This document shows positions 50,540 through 61,107 of a stretch of DNA of 64,000 bases, in pieces. Source of the stretch: Perkinsela sp. CCAP 1560/9 (lineage: Eukaryota; Protista; Euglenozoa: Kinetoplastea). Under the pieces are notes generated by a model, which saw only the letters and a list, made by a program, of their open reading frames with translations, had not been told where the DNA came from and ran no database searches. The DNA is taken from contig CBFFSA010000006.1 in NCBI GenBank assembly GCA_965644495.1, positions 806,001 through 870,000 of the forward strand. Reading direction: 5' to 3'. Position 1 is the first letter of the stretch, and each line of letters begins with the position of its first letter. Made by a program: the position numbers and the translations under genes.

Positions 50540-53500
50540 ATGTGGTGTCGACGTTTCTCTCCATATCAAGCTATTACTGGAGTCTTCCAATTTTCGTATT
50601 GCTCTTTATCTGGAAAATCTATTGAAGACTTTCTTTCCGGATTTGCTAAGCAATCAGGTAATTCCAATAAGATACGAGACGAGAAAGAAATTTCAATTTC
50701 TTCCAATTCCAAGTCGCCCAATTCCAATTTTTTGAAATCTCCGAATACTCCGTATCGCTCAAATTGTGACAATTTGTCCTCTGATGGTAGTCACCAGGAT
50801 GTACACCAAATGGACGATATGGTTCGTCCGAATCGATCAAACATGACTCATGTGGTTGTACAAGTACGCAAGAAACGTCGTAACGACTCTTCTTACATGC
50901 CCAACAAGGTTGTTTCCATTGCGGCACATCACTGTAATACGCGACGTCCTCCAATTCTTTTCGTACTAGCTGGTTCGAGTACTACTCTTGCCGCTGCCCT
51001 TCCCAATGGTAAATTTGCATCGTTCGTTAATACATCTTCAACTCACAGTTCAGATGATTATTTCATTGATCAAATTAGTAAAGATATTCTTCAATTTTTG
51101 CGTTCTTCTGCTCCAAATCATACCTACGTGTGCTTCCAAGCTACATCTGGAGGCATTGTCAGTCGCGTGTTGCATCGATGGCACTCTACAAGCGCAGCAA
51201 TTGGAGAAATTGAATTCACGTGCTCTTTGCCATACTTCGTTGGACATATTAGTCGCAATCATCGTCGACTTTCGTATCCATATACACCTTTAACTGTTTC
51301 GGAATTATATCGATGCTTTTCTTTGCCCAGGCCTTCTGAACTATTGACTCCGAGCAAAGAGAGCGAAACTTATAAAAATGAGTCCGACTCAGACACTGGA
51401 AAACTGAATAAAACCGGTCTTGTTTCGCTGGAAAACTTTGAAGAGCATATACTGGATGTGCTTCCATCCGTTGAGAGTGGTTTAAAAAGCAACTTTACAA
51501 AGTCTCCATTAGGGGACTCTGTTTCAGATGCCTTGGACGCACAAGCGTTTCTGCAGATCTATCTCAAACACTTGCACTTTGGTCAAACATGTGAATTTTT
51601 GGGTACATCCAGTAAAGCTCGGCATGGGCGTATGTCAAAGTTCTCCGAAGTTTTTGTCGCTTCCATGAGTTCCCCTTGGTGTATTATTTTAGCCCATATC
51701 TATAAATGTACTAGCGCACCATCAATTCCTGACAAGCTCTCTCCTGGCAAGGCTGAAACCTCGCGCTCGTTCACTGTTCCAGCGTCGCATATTGGTTGTG
51801 ACATTTTTGTGCCTTCAACGCAAGAGGAACGAAGTTTTTACGGCAATACTCGAGAGCAAGTTGTATCATCGGTGGAAATATGGCTTAGGAATCGCTCTTC
51901 CGAAGTTTCTCGTCGTTGTCTGATATTCCATACTCTTCACGAATCAATGGTCCTTATGATGTCTTCATTCAAGAAACTTTCGTGCAAGGTGCATCACTTA
52001 TCACTCGCTGAAATTTTTCCGAATCTTCCTATTCCTCACTTTTTTTCGCTACACAGTAGCTACAAAACGCCTCCCAGCGACGATTCCTCGTCTGTTTCTC
52101 GGTTGTGGAAATACTGGTTAAGTCAATTTTCAAAAATATCTCAGGATTCTTCAAATGTACTTCACCGAATCATAATCAGCGAGCTACAGTACCGGTATTC
52201 TCAGATGACTAACAAAGAAATTTTTCAGGAGGCTCGTGAAAAACGTGAAGGCGATTCTCATAAAAGAATGGATCATTCAGAAACGAAACACTTACCGAAA
52301 GTGCATCAGACAATTGTTATTGGCTCTCCCAAGAGTAAATCTCAGGCAGATCATCGTGAAGAAATGCTTGAGAAACGTAATGAAACTGACGATTGGTATG
52401 CTTTCCAGACGGATGTTTCACGACTTGAGCGAGAAGAGAATTCTGCTGCACGTCACAGAAAGTGTATATTTCTACATCTTGAAAAGACAAAGCGTGTAGG
52501 AACTCAAGTGCAATTCGTACTCTGGGTTGCTTCTCCAGTGGATATAAGCGATGGAACCACTTTCACAAATCTTACTCTGGAGCAATCTCAAGTGGATCCC
52601 CAAGTCTTGCTCACAATTAAGGGCGTCATGCCGTCGCTTGAAAATGTATGCGTTATCGTTGCCGTCGACATGAAGCTTTTGATAAATTTTCTTATGAGTT
52701 TGTCATGTGTACAGGAATTTTTGGCGAACGGAGGAATACTTTGGAGTTCTATCTATGCCGAACATTTATTGAACGCGCGAGTGGACCTTCCACCTGACGT
52801 TTTAACTTTTTCTCCTGAGAAAGAAGGCTCACGTTTTGGTGAAAATGATTCCATAGACAATGTCAACACTGCAACCTATAACAAAACCATTCTTCCTACT
52901 TTGCAGCACATACAAACTACTTATTCTAAGCAAATTCACCGAGCTGTACTTTCACGCCAGCTTCTCACGATCAGTTCATCGATGTCTTCCGTGTTTCTGA
53001 CGCATGAGATTGGTAAACAAGGAATTTATGTAAGTATTTCAAAACTAGAATCCGCACGGGTTCTTGCAAAACAACTTCTCGAGCAGTACAAGAACAATTT
53101 GAATCTGGCGTTACCGCCCCACGTGCGTTCACTTTTTAAATGGGAAGATACACATCATATATGGGCATTTTTCCATGGAGGTAAATTGAACAAACCAATA
53201 ACATCATTGAACTCTACAAGTACGTTAATCTTACCGGAGGATCCAACTGCAGCAGTTGAACTTGCTTGTGTTTCACAAAATGAAAGGGCGTCTGAAATAT
53301 TGGACTCAGAGAAGTATTTAATACCCTATTGCCTGAAATATCAATTGTTAACAAATATTGCGGTGAGCTCCGAGGAGCTCGTGCAAACTATACGATCATC
53401 TTTGATTGAAAAGTATATTCCCAATAAAGATGAAAACAGTCGAGCCAAGGACAGTGGTTTTCCTCTTTCGCAGCAGCTTCTCAGCGTTTTCCATCTTCCT

Positions 53501-55270
53501 TACCGTATTATCTTAGCCGCAGTCAAGACCACCGGATATGACCTTCGGGAGGATCACGTTTTACACGCCGTGTTCTTTGATCCTCTGTTAGGGAAAGAAA
53601 TATCACCACCCTTTTATGCTGCAAAAGGTAAAGCTCTTTCTTACCTCATTCTTGCTTGTCACATGTCTACATATGCAGAACATTTCCTTCAAACCTTTAT
53701 ACAAACGAAGCTAAGTTCCAATCTTCGAAACCAGAAAACCGAAAGGCCGTTGGCACCGCTTTACTTCGTGAATGCAACATCTTTAGTGACAGATAGCATT
53801 TCCTTATCGGGTCTACAAACTCCTAAATCTACTTCGAATAGCACTCCCGCACCATGTCGCACGCGACTGAGTAAAAAATTTTGTGGACAAGAATATACTA
53901 AGTCTCTGATCGCCGAATGTAAGGATCTTTGGACGTCATTGTGTCAGAATTGCAATGGAGATGTGCTTTCGGCTATAGGAAAAGCAGTTGGAACCAGAAA
54001 TGATCCTTTTCTTCGTCGCGCTCCTGATCAGAGTCAGGACGATATTATTCTTCCCGGTATTCTTCCCGATAAAATTAAAGAGAGTGTCTCGATGTCATCA
54101 ACTGAGTTTAGTGTAGATCTTTTGGATGCATGGTCCACGGAGGGCATACCTGAAGCATTCTGGCTCGCGGAAGTTTTTCGCTTACAGCGCTCTTTACAGC
54201 TTTATTTCGCCCGTGAGCGTGGCATCCTAGCCCACGTCAATCCGGATACTTCCCTCATTCATGCAAATTTTGCGTATGACCAAACACGAACTGGACGCCT
54301 TGTGTGTAGCTCTCCGAATATGTTAGGCATCCCTAAGGGAAATATTCGCACTGCTTTTACCTCTCGATTCGGCTCCTCAGGGGTAATACTGGACATTGAC
54401 TACTCTATGGTAGAACTTGTCACGCTAGCTCTTTTATGTCAGGACAAAAATATGCTTCAGGATGTATCTAACAATGTGGACTTTCACAGTCGCAACGTTA
54501 CTGTTCTCCGTAAAGATTTGTCGTACGAACAGGTGCTTCTGAGTTGCAGAAGAAAGAATAAGGAAGTTCTTCGACTTCGTGAAAAGGCGAAGCTTTTTGC
54601 TTTTCAGCGAATTTATGGTGCATCAGTACAAACTCTCTCGAAGGGTAGCGGTTTGTCAATTCAGGAAGTGAGAAAATTAATATGGTCCGAAAATGAGACT
54701 TATCCATCTATTAAAGCGTATTTTCGGAGTTTTGCCAAATACGTTCGACGTTTCCGTCCTCTTCTTCAACACAGCCAAGGTGGCTATCAAAGTGAGTTCG
54801 TTTATGATGGTGTAGGCATAATACCTTCAGGAAATCGTTTTTGCTTCCATGAGGTCGGTGTTAACTTTCCGGGTTTTTCTTCTACCCATCTCCGAAACTA
54901 TCCAGTACAAGGCTTAGCTGCTGAAATTATCATTTATACAACAAGTCAACTTCTTCGACGTCTTCTCAAGCGGAACTACTATGAGCGTCGAGCTTTTCTT
55001 GTGAATTTAGTGCATGATAGTATAGTTATGGATGTGCATGAAGAGGTGTTAGAGGAGGTACTCTCGGAAGCCTATGGGGTGTTAACCAATGTGAAGGGCG
55101 GTTGGGGTTCATTTTTTCCGGAGTTCCCATGGAATAAATCTCTCTTTCGAGTAGAGGTGAAGGCTGGTCGAGATGCCGCACATATGGTTACCCTTCAAGG
55201 CCCTCCTTTTCCATCGTCCCAAGAAATAATTAAATCGATTTCGGAAGCTCCTGAGATATGCGAAGAGTAG
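50540..55270 (+). CDS. Mitochondrial DNA polymerase I-like protein (family A; kinetoplastid POLIB/C/D group)
   Basis: TRTGRLVCSSPN, motif A DIDYSMVEL, motif B REKAKLFAFQRIYGA, NYPVQG, motif C VHDS; ~1200-aa N-terminal extension with a presequence-like start. Confidence 0.9.
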   Translation: MWCRRFSPYQAITGVFQFSYCSLSGKSIEDFLSGFAKQSGNSNKIRDEKEISISSNSKSPNSNFLKSPNTPYRSNCDNLSSDGSHQDVHQMDDMVRPNRSNMTHVVVQVRKKRRNDSSYMPNKVVSIAAHHCNTRRPPILFVLAGSSTTLAAALPNGKFASFVNTSSTHSSDDYFIDQISKDILQFLRSSAPNHTYVCFQATSGGIVSRVLHRWHSTSAAIGEIEFTCSLPYFVGHISRNHRRLSYPYTPLTVSELYRCFSLPRPSELLTPSKESETYKNESDSDTGKLNKTGLVSLENFEEHILDVLPSVESGLKSNFTKSPLGDSVSDALDAQAFLQIYLKHLHFGQTCEFLGTSSKARHGRMSKFSEVFVASMSSPWCIILAHIYKCTSAPSIPDKLSPGKAETSRSFTVPASHIGCDIFVPSTQEERSFYGNTREQVVSSVEIWLRNRSSEVSRRCLIFHTLHESMVLMMSSFKKLSCKVHHLSLAEIFPNLPIPHFFSLHSSYKTPPSDDSSSVSRLWKYWLSQFSKISQDSSNVLHRIIISELQYRYSQMTNKEIFQEAREKREGDSHKRMDHSETKHLPKVHQTIVIGSPKSKSQADHREEMLEKRNETDDWYAFQTDVSRLEREENSAARHRKCIFLHLEKTKRVGTQVQFVLWVASPVDISDGTTFTNLTLEQSQVDPQVLLTIKGVMPSLENVCVIVAVDMKLLINFLMSLSCVQEFLANGGILWSSIYAEHLLNARVDLPPDVLTFSPEKEGSRFGENDSIDNVNTATYNKTILPTLQHIQTTYSKQIHRAVLSRQLLTISSSMSSVFLTHEIGKQGIYVSISKLESARVLAKQLLEQYKNNLNLALPPHVRSLFKWEDTHHIWAFFHGGKLNKPITSLNSTSTLILPEDPTAAVELACVSQNERASEILDSEKYLIPYCLKYQLLTNIAVSSEELVQTIRSSLIEKYIPNKDENSRAKDSGFPLSQQLLSVFHLPYRIILAAVKTTGYDLREDHVLHAVFFDPLLGKEISPPFYAAKGKALSYLILACHMSTYAEHFLQTFIQTKLSSNLRNQKTERPLAPLYFVNATSLVTDSISLSGLQTPKSTSNSTPAPCRTRLSKKFCGQEYTKSLIAECKDLWTSLCQNCNGDVLSAIGKAVGTRNDPFLRRAPDQSQDDIILPGILPDKIKESVSMSSTEFSVDLLDAWSTEGIPEAFWLAEVFRLQRSLQLYFARERGILAHVNPDTSLIHANFAYDQTRTGRLVCSSPNMLGIPKGNIRTAFTSRFGSSGVILDIDYSMVELVTLALLCQDKNMLQDVSNNVDFHSRNVTVLRKDLSYEQVLLSCRRKNKEVLRLREKAKLFAFQRIYGASVQTLSKGSGLSIQEVRKLIWSENETYPSIKAYFRSFAKYVRRFRPLLQHSQGGYQSEFVYDGVGIIPSGNRFCFHEVGVNFPGFSSTHLRNYPVQGLAAEIIIYTTSQLLRRLLKRNYYERRAFLVNLVHDSIVMDVHEEVLEEVLSEAYGVLTNVKGGWGSFFPEFPWNKSLFRVEVKAGRDAAHMVTLQGPPFPSSQEIIKSISEAPEICEE

Positions 55271-55804
55271 AGATTGAACGCTATATTTAATTGGATATTC
55301 AAACAACGTAGCAAGTTTCGGATTAGTTAGCGCTCAAATTTTGGTCATTATTATTTTTTCTGCCGAGTTATGTCTACATCACGGTTAAAAACAGTAGGCT
55401 TGTATTTTTTAGGTTAAAAGCATATCGCTATCTGGTACTCACAAAGTTTAAAACATTCTTTACCTTTTACAGTTTCCCTCTTTTATCCTCCATATGCGTT
55501 CATGTTTTTTAATCCTTCATTTTCTAAATTTTGTAATCACTTTAAAGTGTGCTAAACTAAGTTAAGTGTTTCTAAAAGTGCCATAAAATGTGTAAAATAC
55601 AAAATCCTTAGAAGGGTTGCATTGGTCCCTAATATCATGCAGAGCTTTGAACTGCGTGCAAGGACTTGATTTTTCTGATTCTTCACTTTTTTTGCATTAA
55701 TCACTTTTCTATTTTTCTTCTTTTAGCTAACGAAGTCTATTTGTAATGCATTACTACCATGCAATTCTACAAGAACTGAATCCTCATCTGGTCTTCGCAT
55801 TATC

Positions 55805-56116
55805 ATGAGTGCCTTTCCTTTTTCCCCGAATTCTGCGCTTTTTTTCTGGGCTCACCTAGTCTTATCAATAGCTAAAAATCTAGTCTCGTTTCTACTGGGG
55901 ATTGTGTGTAGTATTCTTATGCGATTTTGGCTTCCGTTTTCCACTTCGACCTCGAAGTCCTTGATGAGTAATACATTAGGCATGGTAGGCATTGGAATAT
56001 TCGTGCACGCCGTACAGATGTGGGATAAGCATCGTAAAGTGGCACAGACATCTCATCGTGCCGCGGAAGAAATTTGGAAAGATGCCATGCGAAGGCATAG
56101 AAATGACTTAGACTAA
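55805..56116 (+). CDS. Small hydrophobic hypothetical protein
   Basis: 103-aa ORF with hydrophobic segments; co-directional. Confidence 0.45.
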   Translation: MSAFPFSPNSALFFWAHLVLSIAKNLVSFLLGIVCSILMRFWLPFSTSTSKSLMSNTLGMVGIGIFVHAVQMWDKHRKVAQTSHRAAEEIWKDAMRRHRNDLD

Positions 56117-56484
56117 TTTGTTGAAGTCAGCAGCGATTTTGCCTAAAACAGCAGCGATTTTCTTGCTTTTAAGCAGTGTGTCTTCATTCGCTTCTGTTTT
56201 TCAATTGTTTTATTTTCAATTATTTATTGTTTTTCAATTGTTTTGTTTCAATTCTTTTAGATAATACCGTTCCCTCCCCTTACTTCATCTCCCCTATTAC
56301 TTCACCACAAGCCCATCGGTGCCCCAGTGGTGAAGAGGTGTAACGGTATAAACGCAACATACAGTATAGAAATAGAAAATTGTATAAATTTGAAAACGTT
56401 TTAGCATCTTAACTTCACCGTAAACAGGGTTGATTCCTTCTTTCTTACTTTTGTTATTCTTCCACACTCTTCTGTCTCTCTTTC

Positions 56485-57228
56485 ATGTTTTTTCTCCCAC
56501 CCCCCATCGGGTTCACATTCTGTATCCCACACCTGCATCTTGTTTCCTCACTCGACACCTGTTCTTCTCACCGAGTTCGCGGCTCATCACTTCCTTTAGA
56601 ATACGACTTGGAGCGTTTTATCCACTCAGTAAGCCACACCCACCCCTCATGGACGACTCACACGCCTGGATGCCTTTGGTATGGGGTGCGATGTGAGGGC
56701 TCGGGAAAATGGGCTACCTCACTTTTATGGAATTCTGTAGGTGTAAGTGGTTCGCTACATTGGTCATGGCTTCCTTCAGCACTGCAGCAACTCCAACTTT
56801 CCGGTAACTGTCTCTACGGTGTCATAGGGATTTCTCATTTTCCAGAAACCATGTGCAATGCGGATTTGAGCCAAAATGGGTTCTCGGGAGATGTTTGTCT
56901 CGCTGAGCTGCCACCGGATATGCGGACGATCGATTTTAGTAAGAATTTATTAGGAGGCGAGCTTGCACTAGAATCACTTCCCTCACAAATTACAAATCTG
57001 AGCGTTAATTTTAATCAATTTGTCGGTGAACTCATACTAATACATTTGCCTACGAGTTTACTGATCATGGATTTTAGTTTCAACGATTTTATTGGCACTG
57101 TGGATGTGAGTGCAATTAATGATAACGTCTTACTACTTAATTTACGTGAAAATCGCTTTTCTGCTATTCAGCCCACACAATACGAATCTTTTATCTTCTT
57201 TCTACCTCAGCAAGACGAGCTTCAATAA
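56485..57228 (+). CDS. Leucine-rich repeat protein with a CxWxGVxC cap (paralogue of 48955)
   Basis: GCLWYGVRC cap and LPxxxxxxDxSxNxxxG repeats. Confidence 0.9.
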   Translation: MFFLPPPIGFTFCIPHLHLVSSLDTCSSHRVRGSSLPLEYDLERFIHSVSHTHPSWTTHTPGCLWYGVRCEGSGKWATSLLWNSVGVSGSLHWSWLPSALQQLQLSGNCLYGVIGISHFPETMCNADLSQNGFSGDVCLAELPPDMRTIDFSKNLLGGELALESLPSQITNLSVNFNQFVGELILIHLPTSLLIMDFSFNDFIGTVDVSAINDNVLLLNLRENRFSAIQPTQYESFIFFLPQQDELQ

Positions 57229-57354
57229 TCTGTCGACATTTCCATAGTTCAAAATTGGCATCTCATGATCCTAATTCTACATGGGCTTTACTTTGAAAGA
57301 AAATCTTCCTTCATCATTTTCTTGTATTCTTTGTATTAATCTAATATCAATGTA

Positions 57355-58883
57355 AATGGGGGGGCGGATATAGTATATATCGTATATACATTTATTGTAT
57401 GTACATTATTGTATATTATATCGTATATACATTATTGTATGTATTTTCTTTTTTAGGCTCTTCGTTAAACGCGGTGGTTGCTTTCAACTTAGAAGTCACT
57501 CATGCTGCGCGCTTCGCGTTGAAAACTCCCGCCGCGTTTAACGAAGAGCCTAAAAAAGAAAATTTAGCCTGGAAAACGGAAAGATTATAACCAAAAATAG
57601 CCGAATTTCGGGTACAAATGGGGTCATTTTCGCATATTTTTGCTCTCAGAGCACTAAATCCGACATTTGCGCGTGGGAAATCACTCGCAGGCATGAATGA
57701 AAGCCTACCGAACGTATTGGGTAGAGAATGCGACTCCAACCATACCATTCTTTCGACAAAAATGCCCCTTTAGGTCCGAAAAATACTTTTTCACCTTTTT
57801 TAGTCAAAAATGGGTCATTTTGGGGGGCGCACCACAGTTCGAAGAAGTGATACCTTGCGAAAACAACTGCGTAGAAAGCTAGTGTAGGTCCCAAACTATC
57901 AAAATACAATAGGGGAAACGATTTTGGAAAAATATTTTTTTTGTCATTTTTTTCGCCAAGTTGAAATTTTTTTCAAATTTTTTTTTCCGAAAAAATCCGA
58001 ACTTGGCGGACCCGTCCTGCGGATACGCGGTGGGGTCACCCCCGGGTAGGGGGGTGGAAAATGCGCGCCAAGACCCCGGCTACCCTTTCTGCGGTTTTTT
58101 TTCGAAAACTAATTTTTTCGAAAAAATTTGCTCGACCATGCCCCCCCCCTGGACCCCCCCCATGGACCCCCCATTTTTTTCAATTTTTTTTTTCAGTTTT
58201 GGACCACCGGAGCCCCCTTTTATATTTTTTTCTTCTATTATATTACTGTGTTCCCCTTTATATTTTCACTGTTTTTGTTCACTTTTTTTTCAATAATCGA
58301 GTGTAGAGCGGTAGTTTTACAACCACCGCAATATGTATAGTATATATGTATATGTACATATGGGCGGATATGTATATTACGCTTGCAGATATATATTACC
58401 ATTCTAGTTTTCTAAAGTTTCATAGCACAACTGAAGTGAAAATGTATCGCATATCCCTCTAAGATTGCAAGAAACGCGTGAAGCAAGGGATGGCAAAGGA
58501 GGTGAAGAGTAGGAATGCCCCTCGAATGATAAAGACAACTGCGGTTTCTGCGATTTGGATAGAAACCTGAACTGGGACGACAAGGTCGAAGCCTCCTTGT
58601 CATCCTCCCTAGCATTTGTGTGGGTGAAAGTATACTTTTGAAGGCAACGGGCCCCTAGGCGTCTTCCCCAGCAGTACCATTTTAGTGTTCGTACAAGCGC
58701 CTACCCCCCAAATTGCCTTAAATGTTATATTTTTGAATTTGAATGTCGTTCCCCCACTTGAATATACAATGTGCGTGCAGCATTTTTCGCAATATAAATA
58801 CTCTTGCAGATTTATATTACCATTCTACCTAAACCAGATCTATACTACCAAAAAAAAGCGTAATATATATCCGCACCCCCCTT
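57355..58883. mobile_element. Putative TA-flanked TIR element enclosing R1 copy 2
   Basis: TA|AATGGGGGGGCGGATATA ... TATATCCGCACCCCCCTT|TA; internal CTTGCAGAT(A/T)TATATTACCATTCTA duplicated at ~58382 and ~58803. Confidence 0.55.
57446..58333 (+). repeat. Repeat R1 copy 2
   Basis: Palindrome at 57446-57560 and a body close to 7952-8440; tail ends in GCGGTAGTTTTACAACCACCGC. Confidence 0.85.
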
Positions 58884-58980
58884 TATCTTGTACAACTTTT
58901 CAGTTGGTCTATTTCAAAAGTATTGTTCAATAAGATATTTTCTTAAAAGGTTCTTTTGACATCTTTTTCTTTCCCTTACT

Positions 58981-59715
58981 ATGCCACCCCGTGGCAGGCC
59001 TACCTCATCATCCTTCCGCACTTCCTACGAGCTCTCTCAGTTGCCTCCTGCCGAGATTCTCTCTCCAGACTCCTTTCTGTTTCCTCCCCGACCCATCCCA
59101 AGACCCCAACCTAAAACCGCTACACAGCAACTTCTTGCAGAATCCTTTTTGCAGCTTGAGCGTCGGTACGCGACCTCTACATGGAGAAAACTCTCTCATG
59201 CCACAGGACTTGATGCCTCTACCCTATCCGATCGAGCTTGTCCTCAGGACACAGTACGGGCAGGAAAGATTCAACCATCCACTATGGAGATTTCTCCCTT
59301 TCTGCCCACTTTTATGGCTATGGAAGAGACCTGCACGGTGATGTGCTCTTCCCCTAAGTTATCACAACTTCACGCTGCCAACTGTTCTGTTAATTCTCAC
59401 AATGTTTCCTTTTTGTTATCTCTCTCCACACAATCTCTTTTTCAACTTTTGTCTCGACATTCGAGACGTAATGATGCGTCGTCGAAGTCCAGTCACTGGC
59501 GAATTATGTCCCAGGCGGCACGACAGGAGGAACGCTGCCTGGAACGAATTCCAATCCCTCGTAGAGGGGTTGGAAATGAAGAGGCCTTTTTGGGCAAAGA
59601 CGGCGAGAACGTATTCGACACACTGAGGGAAAATATTGTCTGGGATTCCTTTTTGGGCGATGAAGATGATGGGGATCTGGAATCTGACGTGCAATATGAA
59701 GATTACTTTCCTTGA
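58981..59715 (+). CDS. Possible RNA polymerase III subunit Rpc31/RPC7-like
   Basis: RGR start, LFPPRPIPRP motif and acidic C-terminus FLGDEDDGD. Confidence 0.5.
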   Translation: MPPRGRPTSSSFRTSYELSQLPPAEILSPDSFLFPPRPIPRPQPKTATQQLLAESFLQLERRYATSTWRKLSHATGLDASTLSDRACPQDTVRAGKIQPSTMEISPFLPTFMAMEETCTVMCSSPKLSQLHAANCSVNSHNVSFLLSLSTQSLFQLLSRHSRRNDASSKSSHWRIMSQAARQEERCLERIPIPRRGVGNEEAFLGKDGENVFDTLRENIVWDSFLGDEDDGDLESDVQYEDYFP

Positions 59716-59859
59716 AGTGAATTGGGCTTGCATGGTTGGGTTGTACAATGTGTGGAGTTACAAGGAACACGTACGATACATAATTTTTTTGTCGTTTTAT
59801 GTGCTCCTTATTTTGACTAGACGTTATTTTAAAGTACTGAAACACACCTCTATCCCACT

Positions 59860-60951
59860 TTGTGGACTAAAATGCTTTCTCCTTTGGAGATACTGATAGC
59901 CTCCGTTAGGGATGATATACTCGACATAAGTCTTGAAAGGAACTCCCGTACATTATCTTCTGAGACATCCGTTAAACGTAGTAGTATGCACCGGCCTTTT
60001 AATAATATTATTGACAGACTTCGTAAGATTAATTCGTGCGCCAAGCGTACATGGAGCATTTACGCATCCGAGCTTCATTTTCCTGAATCATTACAGCTCA
60101 TAGACTTTGAACCGAAGCATAAGAAGGTATGTGCTAACAAGCAACCATCAACTGCTGCAGTAAATGATGTCTCCCTTCCATCGAATTTTCTACCGCAATC
60201 AAACAATATCGCTGGGTCTTCTCCTCTAGAAGTAACATTCATAAAACACGCCTTGGGTAGACTTTGTATAAGCGTTCTACTAAATGGTCTTCCTTTAGAA
60301 GACCTGATTACTGCTAGCTATCGCTGCGACATACGTCTTGACAAGCTACCTTCACGTACCCAAGTAGATCAGAATATCTTACATGCTCATTTGTCTCGAG
60401 TCCTTGGGGTTGTTTTTTATAGCAATGGGGTCAGAGAGTGCTGTGACGAGCAGCAAGCAGCAAGAATACTACGTCCATATCAATCGGTTTCTCCTCCGTA
60501 CTTTACTGCCGATGAATCGTTTTCTCGGCCTTCTGGATATCAATTTCGATATATGGTTCCTGGTGAATTCTGTGTCAAACATGGATCTCCCATTTCGAAT
60601 TCAGAACGTGAACTGGGGAATGTGCCAAATTCTCGTCATTTTTTACTAGACGAGTCGACAACTCCTAACATTAGGTTGCACAGTGATCCTTTTGAGACAA
60701 GTGGTCAAAAAATATACTGTCGGTGTGGTCTGAAATACTCTAGTTGTTACGGTCCAACCTGGATATGGTGCTGGGGCTGCCGTAAATGGTCACACTGGAA
60801 ATGTGTTCGACCATCTAGAGAAAAGAACAAAAAACAAGACGAAACGATATTAGTCTTAAAAAATCAAAATCATTCGGAATTTGGTCGCGCCCCGCATGAT
60901 TTTAATTGTTTGGATGGCAAATGTCTAATTGCAATGTCTAGTACTTTGTGA
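59860..60951 (+). CDS. Hypothetical protein with a C-terminal PHD-like finger
   Basis: YCRCG...WIWCWGCRKWSHWKC...FNC..KC (C4HC3-like). Confidence 0.7.
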   Translation: MWTKMLSPLEILIASVRDDILDISLERNSRTLSSETSVKRSSMHRPFNNIIDRLRKINSCAKRTWSIYASELHFPESLQLIDFEPKHKKVCANKQPSTAAVNDVSLPSNFLPQSNNIAGSSPLEVTFIKHALGRLCISVLLNGLPLEDLITASYRCDIRLDKLPSRTQVDQNILHAHLSRVLGVVFYSNGVRECCDEQQAARILRPYQSVSPPYFTADESFSRPSGYQFRYMVPGEFCVKHGSPISNSERELGNVPNSRHFLLDESTTPNIRLHSDPFETSGQKIYCRCGLKYSSCYGPTWIWCWGCRKWSHWKCVRPSREKNKKQDETILVLKNQNHSEFGRAPHDFNCLDGKCLIAMSSTL

Positions 60952-61107
60952 TCTTTAAAATAGAATGAGTGGTTAAGAAACTTGCATTAATATCACAAAT
61001 ACAGGTATAAAGTTAATACAAGCGTATTGCTTTTTCGGAGTATTACAACTCAGAAGATCAGATATTCCATTAAACACATTTCTTATTTACGTACGTACTG
61101 TATTTTA

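Noticed and set aside
56266-56348. TACCGTT...AACGGTA mini foldback
   Set aside because: The match is too short and imperfect to call a MITE confidently.
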